NCBI GenBank assembly: GCA_003971905.1
Contig: RSEE01000006.1
Coordinates: 868,001-932,000 of the forward strand
Origin: Moniliella sp. 'wahieum'
Taxonomy: Eukaryota
Direction of reading: 5' to 3'
Length of the DNA stretch: 64,000 nucleotides
Shown here: piece after piece, positions 12,881 through 26,181 of the stretch
Position numbering within the stretch: the stretch's first letter is position 1
How the letters are laid out: every line of letters starts with the position of its first letter
Position numbers and translations under genes: made by a program
Notes under the pieces: generated by a model
The model's input: the letters and a program-made list of their open reading frames with translations, nothing else
Database searches by the model: none
What the model was told of the DNA's origin: nothing

Positions 12881-13513
12881 GGTTCGGTCAGGGGAGAAGG
12901 TGGTGGAGGGAGAAAGACGGAGGGGGTGGGTTCGTAGGGTGGGCTGGGTTGGAGTTTGTTGGGCCACGGGTTTTGCCGGCTGGCGGGAAGGGAAGCGGGC
13001 GCTGGGTGGCAGACGGCAGACGGCAGACAGAAGACGGCACGGAGGGACTGTGCGGGGCTGGCGGCGGCGGTGTGGGCTGCTGCGATAGGCCCAGCGGCGG
13101 CCGAGGGCGGCAGAGGCTTGGCTGTCTGACGCGGCACCACACGGCAGGGGGCGGGTGCGCAGGACGCCGCATGGCAGCGCAGGAATACAGCTGTCCGCAT
13201 GGCGGCAGCCACGTGCCTCGCATGCGGGGCGGCACTCTCCAATCGCAGCTGCGCCTCCGTGCCTCAGCGCTGAGGCACCGATCTTCGTTGTTCGATCTAC
13301 AGCCGCGTCGCATGCGAGGGGGTGGAGGCAGGCGCCCCACCGCCTGCGCCTCGCCAGAGCTGCGCATCCAAGCGGCAGGACCCGGGTGCAGCGACTACCT
13401 ACGGACCCAGGGGGGGAGTGTCACCTGCGCAGCCATTCAATTGTTAATTACACCAGGTAGAGTATGCAGCAGGGAGATGCGCACCCCGCAGTCAGCAAGC
13501 GCGTCCACATCCT

Positions 13514-13600
13514 TCTCCGATAGTTTAGTGGCTATGACACGTCCCTGTCATTCCCGACAGGCGTTCGGACGAGACCCGGGTTCGATTCCCGGTCGGAGAG
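13514..13600 (+). tRNA. tRNA-Asp(GUC) with 15-nt intron
   Basis: Acceptor TCTCCGA/TCGGAGA, anticodon stem CGTCC/GGACG with CT-GTC-A, intron contains GACAGG complementary to the anticodon loop, GGTTCGATTCC T-arm, T-run downstream. Confidence 0.95.
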
Positions 13601-14239
13601 GTTCTTTTTGACGTGGGGCCACCAGATCAGCAAATACCCAGTTCGAGGCCCTCCCCCTTCCTTGTACCCTTGTTCCTTTGTTGGAGGGCAACCTCATTGG
13701 CACATCCTTGCAGCCCTTCCGAAGATACGAGGGGTGTGCATCTGCACAATCAGTCGATTCAGATTGAGACTTGAGAAGATGCCAACCCGGCGACTTCCGC
13801 CTGCAACTGCCCGAGGCTGCCTGAACCCCTCATGGAGGGCGGATGATGAATGAACTCGTGACGACACGACATGCGGATTTCCAATGTTATCGACCACTTC
13901 ATTAACAACCATAGAGGCGAGCGACGGTTGCCCAAGCTCGTACATATCGTTTTTGTCCTTGCCCTGGGTCTGATGGTGGAGTAGTTGGTTGGGCGCCAGG
14001 TTGCGCGGTTGAGGGGTGGTGGGTCTGCCGATACAGGGAGCGCACAGGATGCCACATCTCGACGAGAGCACGTCGAGCCTTCATGCATCGGCCCACCCCC
14101 ATCTTGGCTGTGTTGAGCCATGCTTCAGATGGGGATCAAGAGGATGATGGTGACGGCAATCGCGCCTAGGAAACCTATGGGATCAAAAGACATGAGTACG
14201 ACTGGACTACTGGACATGAACGCGTTTTTGCTGGTTGCC

Positions 14240-16683
14240 TTAAAGAAACAGGGTGCGGTCCCGCACCGCCCGCCAATTGAGCACGTCCCACTCTTCCTTT
14301 CGCACCCTTGTCTCGGCCGCCACCGGGTCGAGACGGGCCATGACCGCCGCCCCTTTCCAAGCGATATGAGCGGGGTCCATATCGCGCGGCACGGGCACAG
14401 CTTGGGCCGTAGGCGTGGTCAGTTTGGCCACTTGAGGACTTAGCCCGCCGGCCACATGAGCCGTAGGGTGGAAAGCAGTTTCCCTCTCTTGCGCCAGCGG
14501 GTAAAACTGCGTTTCGAGATGAGTGGCCACCCGCGCCTCGAGCGCCGCCGACAGTCCGGGCATGTGCGCCGTACCGCCCACACAGAGCATGTTGGCCGCC
14601 ATCTTCTTCACTCGATCCTCTACGCTCGAGCCGCCCAACAGCGTCGACGCAGCACCCACCATCGCCGCCCACACGCCCACATCGAGCGGAGACTTGGACG
14701 CTTCCCACGCCACGTCAACCCCTTGAAGGGCTGAGGGGGCAGGCACCAGCGTCGGTCCCGAGGGCACAGAGGGCGCAGGCGTGCCCTCTGTAGGGGTCGG
14801 CTCGGTGGTGGAGGGGAGGGGGGGGACGTGCCCCTTCCTCTGCAACAGGAGGGGCACTCTCCGCCTGCGAAGGCGGAACAAGGTGCCGCACTGCATAGTA
14901 CATGGCGTTGGTGATCGCGGTATCGGGGTCGGCAGCATACGGGTCGGTTGGATCTTCGACCATCGCTGAGGGCGGTAGCACTCGGACGTTTTCTCTGCGC
15001 TGGGCAGGCAACGACGAGGGGTACGAGGTCCCTGTTTCGCATCGAAATCGACCACGCGGGGCAGGAAAAGCATGAGCGGAGCCAGGATGGTCTCATCGTA
15101 CATGCGGAAGTTGAACTTGTACCGTGCCTCGGCCGGGAGACGGATGACCAGGTCGTACATGTTGAGCCCAATCTCATTCGGCCAGAGGGTACACGCGCGC
15201 TCTTTGAGCTGATCAATCGCCACACGATCGGCCTGCCGTTCGTCGTACCGCAACGGTCCTGGGGACGTGCCTACCGCGTACGGCATCTTGGCTCGCCGCA
15301 GCAGCTCGGCAAGGAAGCGCGACACGTCCTTGCCTCCGTAATTAATCAGGATCCTGGATTCGGGAACCACTACCCCTTCGTCCACACATGAGATGCACGT
15401 CGTCTCTGCTCCGAGATTGATGATGGTGCCAGAGGATACGCCTGCGCCAAAGCAGGATGCCACCGCCTCGCACTGCAAGGTGAGCCCCGCAAAGCCCATT
15501 GTGTCGAGCAACAGGTTGGCCAGAAGACGGGTGTGCCGTCTGGAAAATAGGTCGGGCACAATCAAAGTAACCGACAAGGACTTCCACTGACTCCGTTCGA
15601 TCCCGAGACCAGTCAAAGTGCCCTCTGCTCTGGGGCAGCAAGGATGGACTCGAGGATCGTTTGCACATCCCCCAGCAAAACCTGTTCTGCCGCCTCTCCG
15701 TACAGAGCAGTGTACTCGTCAAAATTTAGCATCCCCCGCTTGAACGGATGGAACAGTCGCCAAGGCCGGTCCGAGGTCTGGTTGGCGTCCTTCTGCTCCG
15801 CACGGGCTGGGTCCGAAAGGGAAAGGTAGGGCAATCGAAGCGCCTCATCGCCAATGTACACCTCTCCTTCATAGGCAGTCCAGGGAGCTAACGTTTCGTC
15901 CGGATCGTGCTCTAGCGCCTGTCCCTTGGCGGACTCGTTGAAGGACTGGGCCAGCTGTCGGCCCTGCGGGACAGCGCGCAACTTCATGGCCCGCATGATC
16001 GACCGCAGATCTTGTCGCAGTACTTCAATGCGGTCCCCGAGGGGGTCCTTGGTCTCGTCCTTGGTTTCGGATTCCGAGGACGACATCACTATGTCCTCTG
16101 TGGAGGGAGCAGAGGTGGCGCGGTCAGTCTCAGGGACCAGTCCGTTCAACTGACCTCGTACATCTCTCCCTGCTGGTGAGAGGTGGCAGCGGCGAGCAAT
16201 GACGTTGGGATACGTCAGCGGGCTCAGGCTGGAAGCCCTGCCGATTTGGAGAAACTCGAGCCCGGGTGGATGACAATGGTATCGTAGGCCAGGCTCTGGA
16301 CACCAAACAGTGTTAGCGTATGGTCGTTGGCAAACACGGGGGGACGTACTCTCGGTTCCTGCTCTTGGTCGTCGGAATCGGATGCATCGTGGTCCACCCC
16401 ATTGGACTCCCCTTGCGAGCGGGGGCAAGGATGTCGGTGCCAGGTAGGGCACTGGCGGCGCGCGACTGCCACGTCTGCGCGTCGGAACGAAGAAAGGAGC
16501 TGGCGGTGTCTGGGCAGCGGTCACGCGGACGACGCGGTCAGCCGAGCGTGGCGCGGGCAGGCACGACAAGGGGGAGACACGTACTGCGGTTGTTGATGAG
16601 CGTGGGCACGCGGAACGAGGTCCAGGCCAGTGGCACCTCGCGCGACCACGCCGCATCTGCATCCTTGCGCGGCGCTTGGGCAT
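14240..16683 (-). CDS. ARP8: Actin-related protein 8 (INO80 complex)
   Basis: VPLAWTSFRVPTLINNR|NTASSFLRSDAQ (intron 16510-16584), TIVIHPGS, YIGDEALRLP, LFHPFKRGMLN, EAVASCFGAG, INYGGKDVS, PRDMDPAHIAWKGAAV. Several frameshifts. Confidence 0.88.
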
Positions 16684-16832
16684 CCCGGGCGGGCGATGGG
16701 GTCGATGGGGGTCGGGCCAAAGCGCGATGCGCCATGCCCGTCCATCCACTCGGCCTGGAATCCCAGCGGACTGCCCGTTGAAATTGTAACTCCTTGGCGG
16801 TGGTCACCTGACTCGCCCTCAGCCAGCTAGCC

Positions 16833-16848
16833 CGCGTCACGTGACGCG
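16833..16848. promoter_or_regulatory. 16-bp perfect palindrome CGCGTCACGTGACGCG (E-box core) in the short divergent promoter
   Basis: Seen directly between the ARP8 start (16683) and the next ATG (16932). Confidence 0.5.
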
Positions 16849-16931
16849 CCGCCGTCCCCGCCGCCCATCCGGCACCCAACCGCTGTTTCGCTGCAGTGCA
16901 GCGCCTGCCAGCTCCACCGTCATCCCCACAC

Positions 16932-17609
16932 ATGCTGCGCCCGCTTGTACGCAGTGCATTCCCACCCCTGAGCAGGGCCACGCGTTCCTTTAGTTCCACT
17001 GCGTTCGCGCAGCAGCTGGTCGAGCCCGCCTGGTCCAAGCCCGATGCGCGGTTGCAGCCCTATGGCGGGCGCCCACCGGCGGGCTGCGGCCGTACGTTGG
17101 TGGTGGCGCTGGACAAGCAGGAAGAAGGTACGCTGCAGAAGCGCCTCTCCGTGCGGGAGTCCACCTGGCCGAAGCGTTGGAAGGAAAGCGGGTGGGGTGC
17201 ATCTTATCGGGCGGAGGGCTGAGGCAGCCAAGATTTCCCTCCCGTCAGCGCCCAAGGAGGCAATCGCGAACCAACTAGCAGGCAGTCTGTTATTGTTCTG
17301 GCTGAGGTTGTTATTTACCCCGTTAAGGTGTGGATAAGAGGACTTGTAAGGAAGCTGACCGGCGCTTGAAGAATGCGAGTGAAGTGTTGGGGCGCGTCCG
17401 GCGCGACGTCTACTTCCGCGAGGCGTCGGGACCCGGAAAACATCACCATCATGCCCTATGCAATGGACCCAAGCCTCCACCGGTTGAGGCTGATGATCAG
17501 CAATGGGCTGGGGCATGAGGGGCATGAGGGGCTAGTGGCGGACTTCGACCAAGGAAAACAAATGCATGCAGCCGGCTCACTAGTCACTGAGTGCAAGAAG
17601 CCAAGCTGA
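16932..17609 (+). CDS. Hypothetical protein with probable mitochondrial presequence (frameshifted)
   Basis: MLRPLVRSAFPPLSRATRSFSSTAFAQQ is a typical presequence. Overlapping ORF pieces continue to 17609. No family recognised. Confidence 0.5.
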
Positions 17610-17703
17610 GGTTACCGGTTAGTTCAACGAACGTTTTAGTCAACGCCGACAAGGTTCGCCGTGAGGTTCAGCTAGGCCTGGAAGCCCCAGCCTCCAAAAA
17701 GAT

Positions 17704-17775
17704 TGGACGAACAGGGAATTGAACCCCGGACCTCATGCATGCTAAGCAAGCGCTCTACCCCTGAGCTATCCGCCC
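17704..17775 (-). tRNA. tRNA-Ala(AGC), intronless
   Basis: Reverse complement GGGCGGATAGCTCAGGGGTAGAGCGCTTGCTTAGCATGCATGAGGTCCGGGGTTCAATTCCCTGTTCGTCCA, with G3:U70 Ala identity pair and T-run terminator. Confidence 0.93.
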
Positions 17776-19172
17776 TTGAGGGATCAGCTGCTTGGTACCC
17801 TACAGACGGTGGTCAATTCAAACTCACAGTGGAAACCAATAGTGAGATCGATGATCTATGATCTCATGTCACGCATCACACATGCCATATGGCATGGTGC
17901 ATGGTGCATGATGCATGATGCTAATTCATAATGCTTGGCGATGACGCTTTTGACAGGAGCGATATGGGGCGCCTTGTGCACAGCGAGCGCTTAGCGCTTG
18001 GAGCGCTAGTAGGCGCAAGCGCGTGGCGCGCCGCGTTGCTGTAGTTTCTTCTGGCAAGCGATGGCGATCACGATTTTGATGATGGACAAGATGAAGCCAC
18101 TTGGGATGGACCAAGCCAGCTTCTCAGCTCGAACGATAGGAAATGGAGATGGTATGGAGAGAGTTGTGCCGAGTCGCGTACTAACTGATGGCGCACGCGC
18201 CCATCGCCTTCTGATGCCGGCGGGTGGCGAACCGGAGGAAGGGGCGGATAGTGTGACACGCGGCGCCCTGCGGGCGCCCTGCGGCGCCGCACAAGCCTGG
18301 CCACATGGCCTAGGAGGCCGATGCCCGTTGGTGTGGTTCACGCGTTCACGTTCAACGTGTGGTCAACGGTCAACGTGGTCAAAGCGTCGGTCAACTTGAC
18401 CCTTCAGAGCTTCGGCGATGCCTTCAGCTTCAACATCTGTACTGCCTCGTGGATGGTAGACTGCGGAGGATGAATGCGGGGGACTGCCCCGCTCCGCTGT
18501 GAGACTGCCGGGGACTCGGGAGTATGTACTTCCCTCAGGCCTGAGCCTCAGGCCTCAGGGCCTCAGAAGGCCTAACGCGCCTAACGCCTAACGCCAAAAA
18601 AGTCTGCCAAGAGTCACCGCAGGCTGAAAAGGACTAAGGCCACGAATGAAAAGGCGCAGGGGGGGAGTCTGTGTAGGAGCGCACGGGAGGACTCGAGCGG
18701 GAAGGCGTAATCGAGTAATCGATCAAGCTTCAAGCAGGGTCTGGCAGGGCAAGGGAAGGCACAGGAACCGCACAAAAAAGGTGTTAAAAAATTCCATAAA
18801 TGAAAACTTGTACCAGCCGCGGGCCCTGGACTGGCTGGCCTTGGCACTGTGACACTATGGAGTGATGTGTGACTATGGCCGGGTACCTACTAGGTCCTTC
18901 CACAGACCAGTTGCAAGTCACAGTGACTAGTGACTCACCGGCAGAGCTCCAAAGCCACCGGATGCAACGCAGGAAGAAGCCAGGACAGAGCCAGTGAGCA
19001 CTCAGACTCCGTCCCGAGTTGCTCACACGCATCACACCCAGCCGCACTACACTCGGCCTGGGCCTCCAGCAGCCCCCAGCTCGCAGGCCCAGCGCCTGTC
19101 GTAGCCCAACCGGACGCGCTTCCGGTGGCGCCGTCGACGCACTGTGCCCTGTTCTGCCTGCCTAGCCCGCGG

Positions 19173-19180
19173 TATATAAA
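19173..19180 (+). promoter_or_regulatory. TATA box of arrestin gene
   Basis: TATATAAA about 85 bp upstream of ATG 19260, followed by a CT-rich tract. Confidence 0.55.
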
Positions 19181-19259
19181 CCCCAAGGCGGTCGTCCGTT
19201 CGCGGCGCCGCCCCTTTTCTTCCTCCCTCCTAAACAACCCACCTTGTCTCGACCTGTCC

Positions 19260-21716
19260 ATGTTCTCGGCATTGCTACAGTCGTGTGAGCCGCATGTGCG
19301 GGTGATGCAGAGTGCCGTCTTCATCCATCCGCCCAGCCGTGCCCAGGCCGGAGCGCCCGAGTCGGAGCCCAACTGGTCCTACCTCACCGGCACCCCCCGG
19401 CCGCCAGCGAAGATGCCGAGCTAGTGCGCGGTGTGGTGGAGGTGCGAGTGCCAAGCGACCGCACTGTGACAGAGATCCGTCTGCGCTTGCGTGCCGATCA
19501 GGTTGTCTCCATCCTCGATTCGGCTGCCTTGACCGTCCCAGTGAGCTGGGAACAGACTGTTCCCTTCGAACACACCCTCACCTACCCGCCCCGCGACCCA
19601 CTCGACCCCTCCCATGCCCGCGCCCACTCTCGCTCCCGCTCCCGCTCTCGCTCCCAATCCCACTCCCGCTCCCACACCCGCCTCTCGGAACCCGTCGAAC
19701 CCATGTCGGATCGGTCGCGCTCCCGCAGTGGCCTCCGTACCCTTGTCCGCCCCCCACCGCTCCCGCTCCCGCGCCGGACGCCAACTCAACGATGTGGCCG
19801 AGGTTGACGTTGCCGACCCCCCCCAACGATCTTCCAACCGCTCTCCCAGCCCCACAATAGGCACCGGTTTGGCTCGTTCCCAGTCTCGGGGCCGCTCCCT
19901 GGCCATCCGTCCTGCTGGTCCTAGCCCCTTCCTTGGCTTACCCCTCGAGGTTGACGGTGATTCTTCTTCTGTCATCAGCAGTACGCCTGGGTCCGACGGT
20001 GTCGCCGCTACTGCCTCTCACCGACGCGGATCCACCCCCGACTCGTCTGCGCCTGAGCTCGACAGCCCCGTAGCCCATCCCCGACTCGATTCCTCTCCTG
20101 CTCCAGCTGTGCCTGCATGGATCAAGCGCGACACGAGCACGGGGCGCAAAATGCGCTCCATCTCCCTGGGGCGGTTGCGCCGCCGTGCCCGTTCTTCCTC
20201 TATCGCCACTGCAGAAGAGGACGAGGACGAGGACGAGGAAGAGTCCTATTTATCCACGCGCCTTTCTGGCTTGTTTCACCACGATAAAGGCAAAGCCCGC
20301 CGCGAATCCTCCCGGGACACCCAAGTCTCTTCGCCTGCCCCTCATCGCCGTTCGCTCGCCCGTGCCGAGTCCGAGTCCGAGTCGTCAGAGGAGGAGGAGG
20401 AAGGCCTCTTCCTTGCCAAGGGCGTTCATTCCTTCTCCTTTGCCTTTATCATTCCCAGTGATGTGGCGCCGTATGAGCGGAGTCCCCTCGGCCGCGTAAA
20501 ATGGACCATCAAAGCGACGGTCGTCGGGGGTGGTCGTGCCCGCTCGAATGTGGAGGATGTACAGGAGATCTATCCCATTGTCGTACCCACCCCAGATCAT
20601 TTCTTTGCCACACCCCTTTCCATTTTGTATCACGACTTGCATCCGTCGTTGGGGCTCTTGAGTATCTCTCTCACCTCCACCAACATCTCCGTGGGGGGCA
20701 TGTTTAACATGGATCTCCACTCGCCTCAACCCCCCGAGGACTTGACCGTCTACATGATCCGTGTTACCCTTGAAACGACAATTGAGTTGGAAACGCGGCG
20801 CAAGGGAAAGCAGCGGACACCCGTCCAACGTCATCGTCTTTTTGAGCAAGGCTGGGTCCCGCCCAAACACAGCTCGGCCAACAAGATCGGCGAAGGAGAT
20901 CCTTCGCAAGGCTTCATCCGTGCCTCGGGAACGGACCATGCTTGGTCAGTGCAAAGTCCTGTGCGGGTGCCGGATGACAACTTGATCCGTGCTACCACCA
21001 TGCCAGGCAGCCGGGCCTCCATTCGTTACTCCCACACGCTCCTGATCGAGATTGTGCATTCGCGTGACCCGGCGATTGAGGCGTGGCTAGCCCAGGGAGC
21101 CGTGGGAGCACGTCCGCCCCCCTCGGAAACGGAAAGAAAAGTCAAGGTGTTCGCCTTGCGGCAACCGGCCGTCATCCCTTCCTGCTGTGTCGCCTACAAC
21201 GCAGTCACCCTCCCACGCTACACACCGGCCAACGTCAATGCGGCGCCGGTCGTGCCGGACGCACACCATCTCCAAACACACTGCGTCTGCGGGATTTCCA
21301 TGGCTGAACTCGCTGCCCAACAAGAATCGTTCCTTCCTCCCAGCTTGGTGTCGGGCGACGGCTCAACCGATTTGTCTGGGGATGCGGTGCAGAGCGGTGG
21401 CAAAGTAGGCGAGCTACCGCTCGGTTGGCGCCCCGTCTCCCCCCCGTCTCCACCTTCGGAGAGCTCCCACGCCCCCCCACCCATGCGGGGGGAGGCGGTA
21501 CGGCGGAAATTAACCAACTCGCCCAGTCCTCTCCCTTCTCTCCCTGCTCCACCGAGGGAGGCTGGACGTGCCCCCAGCCCGCTCTCCTTGGGCTCGGGCT
21601 CGCACTCCAGTACCCTGGACCGCCGCGACCCCAGCCCCATCCCGCCCGACACTGCCGTCGCCCTAGGCTCGACTGGGGGCTCGTTGCCTCCGGCGTATGA
21701 CTCGCACGGTTTTTGA
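19260..21716 (+). CDS. Alpha-arrestin (ART-type Rsp5 adaptor)
   Basis: LVRGVVEVRVPSDRTVTEIRLRL, KGVHSFSFAFIIPSDVAPYERSPLGRVKWTIKATV, PY-type motifs LPRY and C-terminal LPPAY. RS-rich insert, frameshifts near 19410 and 19760. Confidence 0.8.
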
Positions 21717-22308
21717 AAAGGATCCAGGTATTACGAACTGAGTTTTGATGCATACCCCACCCGCCTCCATCCCCCCCCCCTACCCCAATGTGTATCATCC
21801 CCTTTACTCTCATCATTTTTGGATCGTCAGTCGGTGGCGCGCAAGAGCGTCCTGCATGTCATGGTATTTAACGAGTACATGAAGAATGCATACCTCTCAC
21901 ATTCCCTTACAGTTGCCCTGGTCTCTGAAATCTCGAAGCTTTTGCACCACAGCCTGTGGTCGGAGGACAACGGGAGATCCCACCAGCTGGGAACACACAG
22001 TTGCCGTCTCGGCTCAGAAAAGGTAGACAGGCTCGCTCTGCCTCTCCATCGTGGTAATAGGGGCACGAGATTAGTAGAACTACCGAAGCCACAGCTGGCC
22101 CTGAGAGCCTGAGACGCCTTGCTTGAAGCCACTGAGAGTAACTAATACTGAACGCAAATGGACGACAATGCCACCGGCAAAGGCCACTCCCTTCTTCATG
22201 CTTTTTCAGCTTTTTTGTCCCATCCTGTTCCACCTGTTCCACCGCTACGGATCGAGTTCGGTGGGCAGGTCCAGGCCCAGAAAGAGACTGACGCGATTGG
22301 GACTTGAT

Positions 22309-22339
22309 TGAAGCTTGAAGCTTGAAGCTTGAAGCTTGA
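22309..22339. repeat. (TGAAGCT)4 heptamer array
   Basis: Four exact copies plus TGA. Confidence 0.95.
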
Positions 22340-22520
22340 CTGAAGTGCGGCCACTTGACCTCTTCTTCAAGCCCTCATCGATCATCGCTATCGGTATCAC
22401 CATCCCTTCGCTCTTAAGTCTCGTCACGGTAACGTTTAGGTCGGGGGGTGTCCAGGACGAACAGGCATATATGGATTCGGTGAGACGTTTGCACTGAGGC
22501 ACCGGTGTCAATGTCAATGA

Positions 22521-22619
22521 TCATCGATCATCGACATCGATCATCGATCATCGTTCATATGATCGGTCGGTGAGTAGTGACTAGTGACTAGTGACCGGTG
22601 ACCGGTGACCGGTGACCAG
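22521..22619. repeat. Compound heptamer arrays: (TCATCGA)~5, then TGAGTAG-(TGACTAG)2-(TGACCGG)3-TGACCAG
   Basis: Read directly from sequence. Confidence 0.95.
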
Positions 22620-23686
22620 GCTGGGCTGTACCAGGCACTGGTCGGCGACGCGGCGCCGCGCGGCGCCGCTCTGCCTGACCACGCGTTTTAGCTCCCCTTG
22701 AGTTTTGGCCCCTGGGCTTGTTGGGCACTCCATCCCCTGCACGAAAAGACGTCCTCTTCCCCCTTACCCCACTGTGGCATGTGAGGTATCGGTCGTATCG
22801 CATCCGACTACGACGTACAGCGCCAAGAGCGCGACAGAATCGATTCACTGGCATGTGGAAGCGTGCCTCGGTCTGGCAATCCACCCACCACAGTATCATC
22901 TTCAAAGCTAGTATATCCTTACTCTCCTATACGCCCAAAATTGACGAGGATGGTGCGGCCGAAGAATATGCACTCGTTGCTGTTCTGTGTGACCCATGTG
23001 ACGGGAGAGGCGGATGAGAACGTTGGCAACCCCTATCACATTTCAAAGCTTCCCTCTCCAGAAACGCGTATTCAGCTCCCACAAAAACTGTGGCTCTCTT
23101 GGGATCAGTAATACGTTGTTCGGTACTTAGCTGTGTGATTGTCTTCCGGTGCACATCTATATAGAACCCAGTCCTGGCACTGTCGGTCAAGTGGGCTCCG
23201 CTTTCACAGATCGAAACATGGCAGCCCCCCTCGCCCTGGAAACAGCGGATGCAAAAAGGTGGCACCGTCCGCTTCTTTCCCTGCTTCGCGACGACGAAGA
23301 CGCGTTCGTACGTTTTCTGCCCCCAAACGGCAGACGATGTACTATTAATGCATCACATTTGGCTTGAACCAGCGCCGATGACCGCTTCGCTCAGATGGGT
23401 AAGACAAAGCCGGGGTTTACTCATAATGTCGTCTCGAACCTCTCTTTTCTACGCACAACTTCTTCTCCCTATATAGTCCACGTGGAAGCGGTATACCCGT
23501 TTTGTATACAGATCTCGTTTTGTGGCTCAATAAGTGGGTCGGTTCGGATCACGAAGAGTTGGGCGGTGTGGGCATGATTGGCACCCCACACCACCAACCA
23601 GATAATCACCAATGCGTACATATGCTGTTGTGTATCGTTGACGCCACCAGCCTGGATGGCGGGGAGAGAGGCAATTCCTGGTACGC

Positions 23687-26181
23687 CTAGGTGGGTGGGT
23701 TAAGGCTGCGAAAGGCTGGATTGACCAGGGCAAGGTACCAGCGCATCAGATTGGTGATCCTCACTTGGTCAACCAACTCGCGTGTGGGATCGGCCAACTT
23801 AAAATGACCCAGACGATAGATCGCTCGCTCCATCGTCCGTCCAAAACGTTCTTGTTGCCTTGGCACGCCTGGGTTCTTGTTGCTGACGGTAGTCGTAGGG
23901 TCGTGGTGATGGTGGCGGGGTAAGGTAGTAGGTTCGGATACCAGGAACGGATTCTTGTTCTGCAAATGAAGGGCGTCTGGGTTGGTGGGCTGTTGCGTTT
24001 CTTTCCGAGCCAGAAACGGATTGTTGTCTTGTTAGTCGAAGGAAGGGTGTCCTTCTTGGGGTAAGGATCGACGGAGGGGACGGGGGGCTTTGTCGTGCCA
24101 TCGTCCAACAGTCGACGAGTCCATTTGCTCGCCTTTTCGCCCCACTCACGCGTCCTGGCCATCGGGTCCGAAGCCTCTTCTTTCAGCTTCCCCAGCAGAC
24201 GAGCACCAAGGTGTGGGGTGGTAGGAGGCATGGTGATAGGCGCCGATGTGGATGGGAGCGATATTGCATGGTTGGATTGAGATAATACTGTCGCCATCGG
24301 TTCAGACGTGGATGAGGAGGGGACCGATGTGGATGAGGAGGGGATTGATGCAGGAGAAAGGGAGGAAAGTACAGTGGTTTCATGTGCAGAGGGGACGGGG
24401 GGGGCGGGAATTCCCCCAGTGGGTCGGTATAACGGCTGAAGGTCCTTGGGCGGCAGTAACGGTGGAAGTTGTGTTCGTTCTGGGTTGTGGTCGGCTGTGC
24501 TTGGTTCTCGGACTGCCGTCAAAGCTGTGCCCCATACCACGAGGCAAACGACGGTTGCCGGAGATGGAGATGGGGGTCAATTGGGGGGCAGCAGTGGGAG
24601 GGGACGTGGTTCGGAGGTGTCTCCCCCTCCTGTTAAGCATTCATAGCTCGAGGTCCGGGCGGAGGCAAGGAGTACAACGTATTTGCAACATGTGCTTCCT
24701 TTTCCGGTACGGGGTAGCTTCCTCGGGAAGGAGGTCGTCCATCGTCCCGGTCAAGAAAGAGATACCCATCTCGTTTGGCAGAATGGTTAGGTAGCACTTT
24801 GCCTATGGCAGGGTACCTTTCCAGATTCGAAGACTGGATTTCGGGCAGAATAGGTCTGGGAGTTCGGATGGGGGCATACATCTGCCAGCTCGCTGGTCGA
24901 GGAGGGTTGGGGCGCGGCATTTCTTCGTCTCGGATCCCCATTGCCACTGGCGCCGACTCTTGTGCTCTACCATAAGGTTCGTGAAGGCGTTCCCGTCCCC
25001 GTTCGTCTGTGGTATAACCGGGGGTCCGAGTACGGTTGAAGTCGGACCTGCCGGGCGCTGGAAGGTGCTCCTCCCTTCTGACTCCCAGCATAGGAGAGGA
25101 AATGGAGTGAAGCTGGTGTCGATGTTCATTCTCATTCTGCAGGTGATGCTGTTCAAGTGGAAGGTTGTGGCCAGAATGGGAACGAATGTGACGAGGTGTG
25201 GTTTGGTCCACCAACGGAATTCGTTCTTCAGACGATGGAACACGTAGAGTTACCCCATTGTTGACGGTGAACACGTCCCTTGGCTGATCACCGCTCTTTA
25301 CCACAGGCTGCTCGGCCATGCGGTTAGGGGGAATCGATCGCTCTTCCTTAGTCCATGGAGTTCCTACGTTGGACTTGCTCTGTTGGACGCCGCCAGGGTA
25401 GGCCACGGGGATCCGGCGCGGTGGCCTCGGGATAGGGGCCAGCCTTTTGCCCGCTGGCGGGGGGTTTGAAGGGGTGGTTCGGGTTGGAGTTTTCGGTGGA
25501 TCGACAGGGACAGCGTCCACTACATCCATGGCTATCTCGTTTGTCAGATATCATGCGCGCTCCATCCGGTGACGGACAAGGGTGGGTGTGTGGAGAGTGT
25601 ATGGATGTGGGGGAGGGGGAGGGGGGGAGAATAACGCACTAGTGTTGTTACGCAGACTCAAACTGCGCCTTACGGCCGCCTGCAATTCATCTGGGTCCTC
25701 CTCCTCATCCTCCATGTCGGCTAAGGTCGGGCGGCGCTTGAGCTCGACTTCGGCGGGTAGTTGGGATGGTTCACTGCGGAGGGACACAAGCCTTGCCGGC
25801 CTAATTGCGAGGGGGTACGGGTGGGCGTGCTGCCCTTGGCTGACGACCGGTGCGGCGCAACGTTTGAGCCCGCACCGCGCCCAGGCCCCGGAGGGCGGGG
25901 TGCAATTCGTCGCGCTCGGCTGGTGGCGAGGGGAGGGAGGGTCGTGGCGAGAGGCGGACGGTGCCTCGGCGGGGGGGCAGCAGCTTGGGCAGCGGGCAGC
26001 GCATCTGGATGCTGGCCGGCGGCGACCCACCCGGTGGCCGGGGGGCGTTGCGGGAGCGGGGGCGGATCCAGCTGCGGGCATGCCAGAGGGAGGGGCGGGG
26101 CGGCAACGGGGCGGGGACGGAGGCGGAGGCGGAGGCGGAGGAGAGGACGGGGTCGCTGCGGCGTAAACGCGGGCCGCGCAT
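23687..26181 (-). CDS. Zds1-like PP2A-Cdc55 regulator (Zds_C domain), long disordered middle
   Basis: C-terminal ERAIYRLGHFKLADPTRELVDQVRITNLMRWYLALVN resembles Zds_C. N-terminal WVAAGQHPD resembles the WVPA.LHP motif. Intron 25532-25639. Start uncertain, several frameshifts. Confidence 0.72.

Noticed and set aside
22309..22619. CRISPR array or synthetic multiple-cloning site (HindIII, ClaI, SpeI, AgeI sites)
   Set aside because: No unique spacers or cas genes in a eukaryotic context. The same motifs are scattered and degenerate across the whole window, unlike vector contamination.
21800..23600. Short ORFs between the arrestin and Zds1-like genes, and similar ones at 13690-14120 and 57700-58700
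   Set aside because: No recognisable motif, splice structure or transposon domain.
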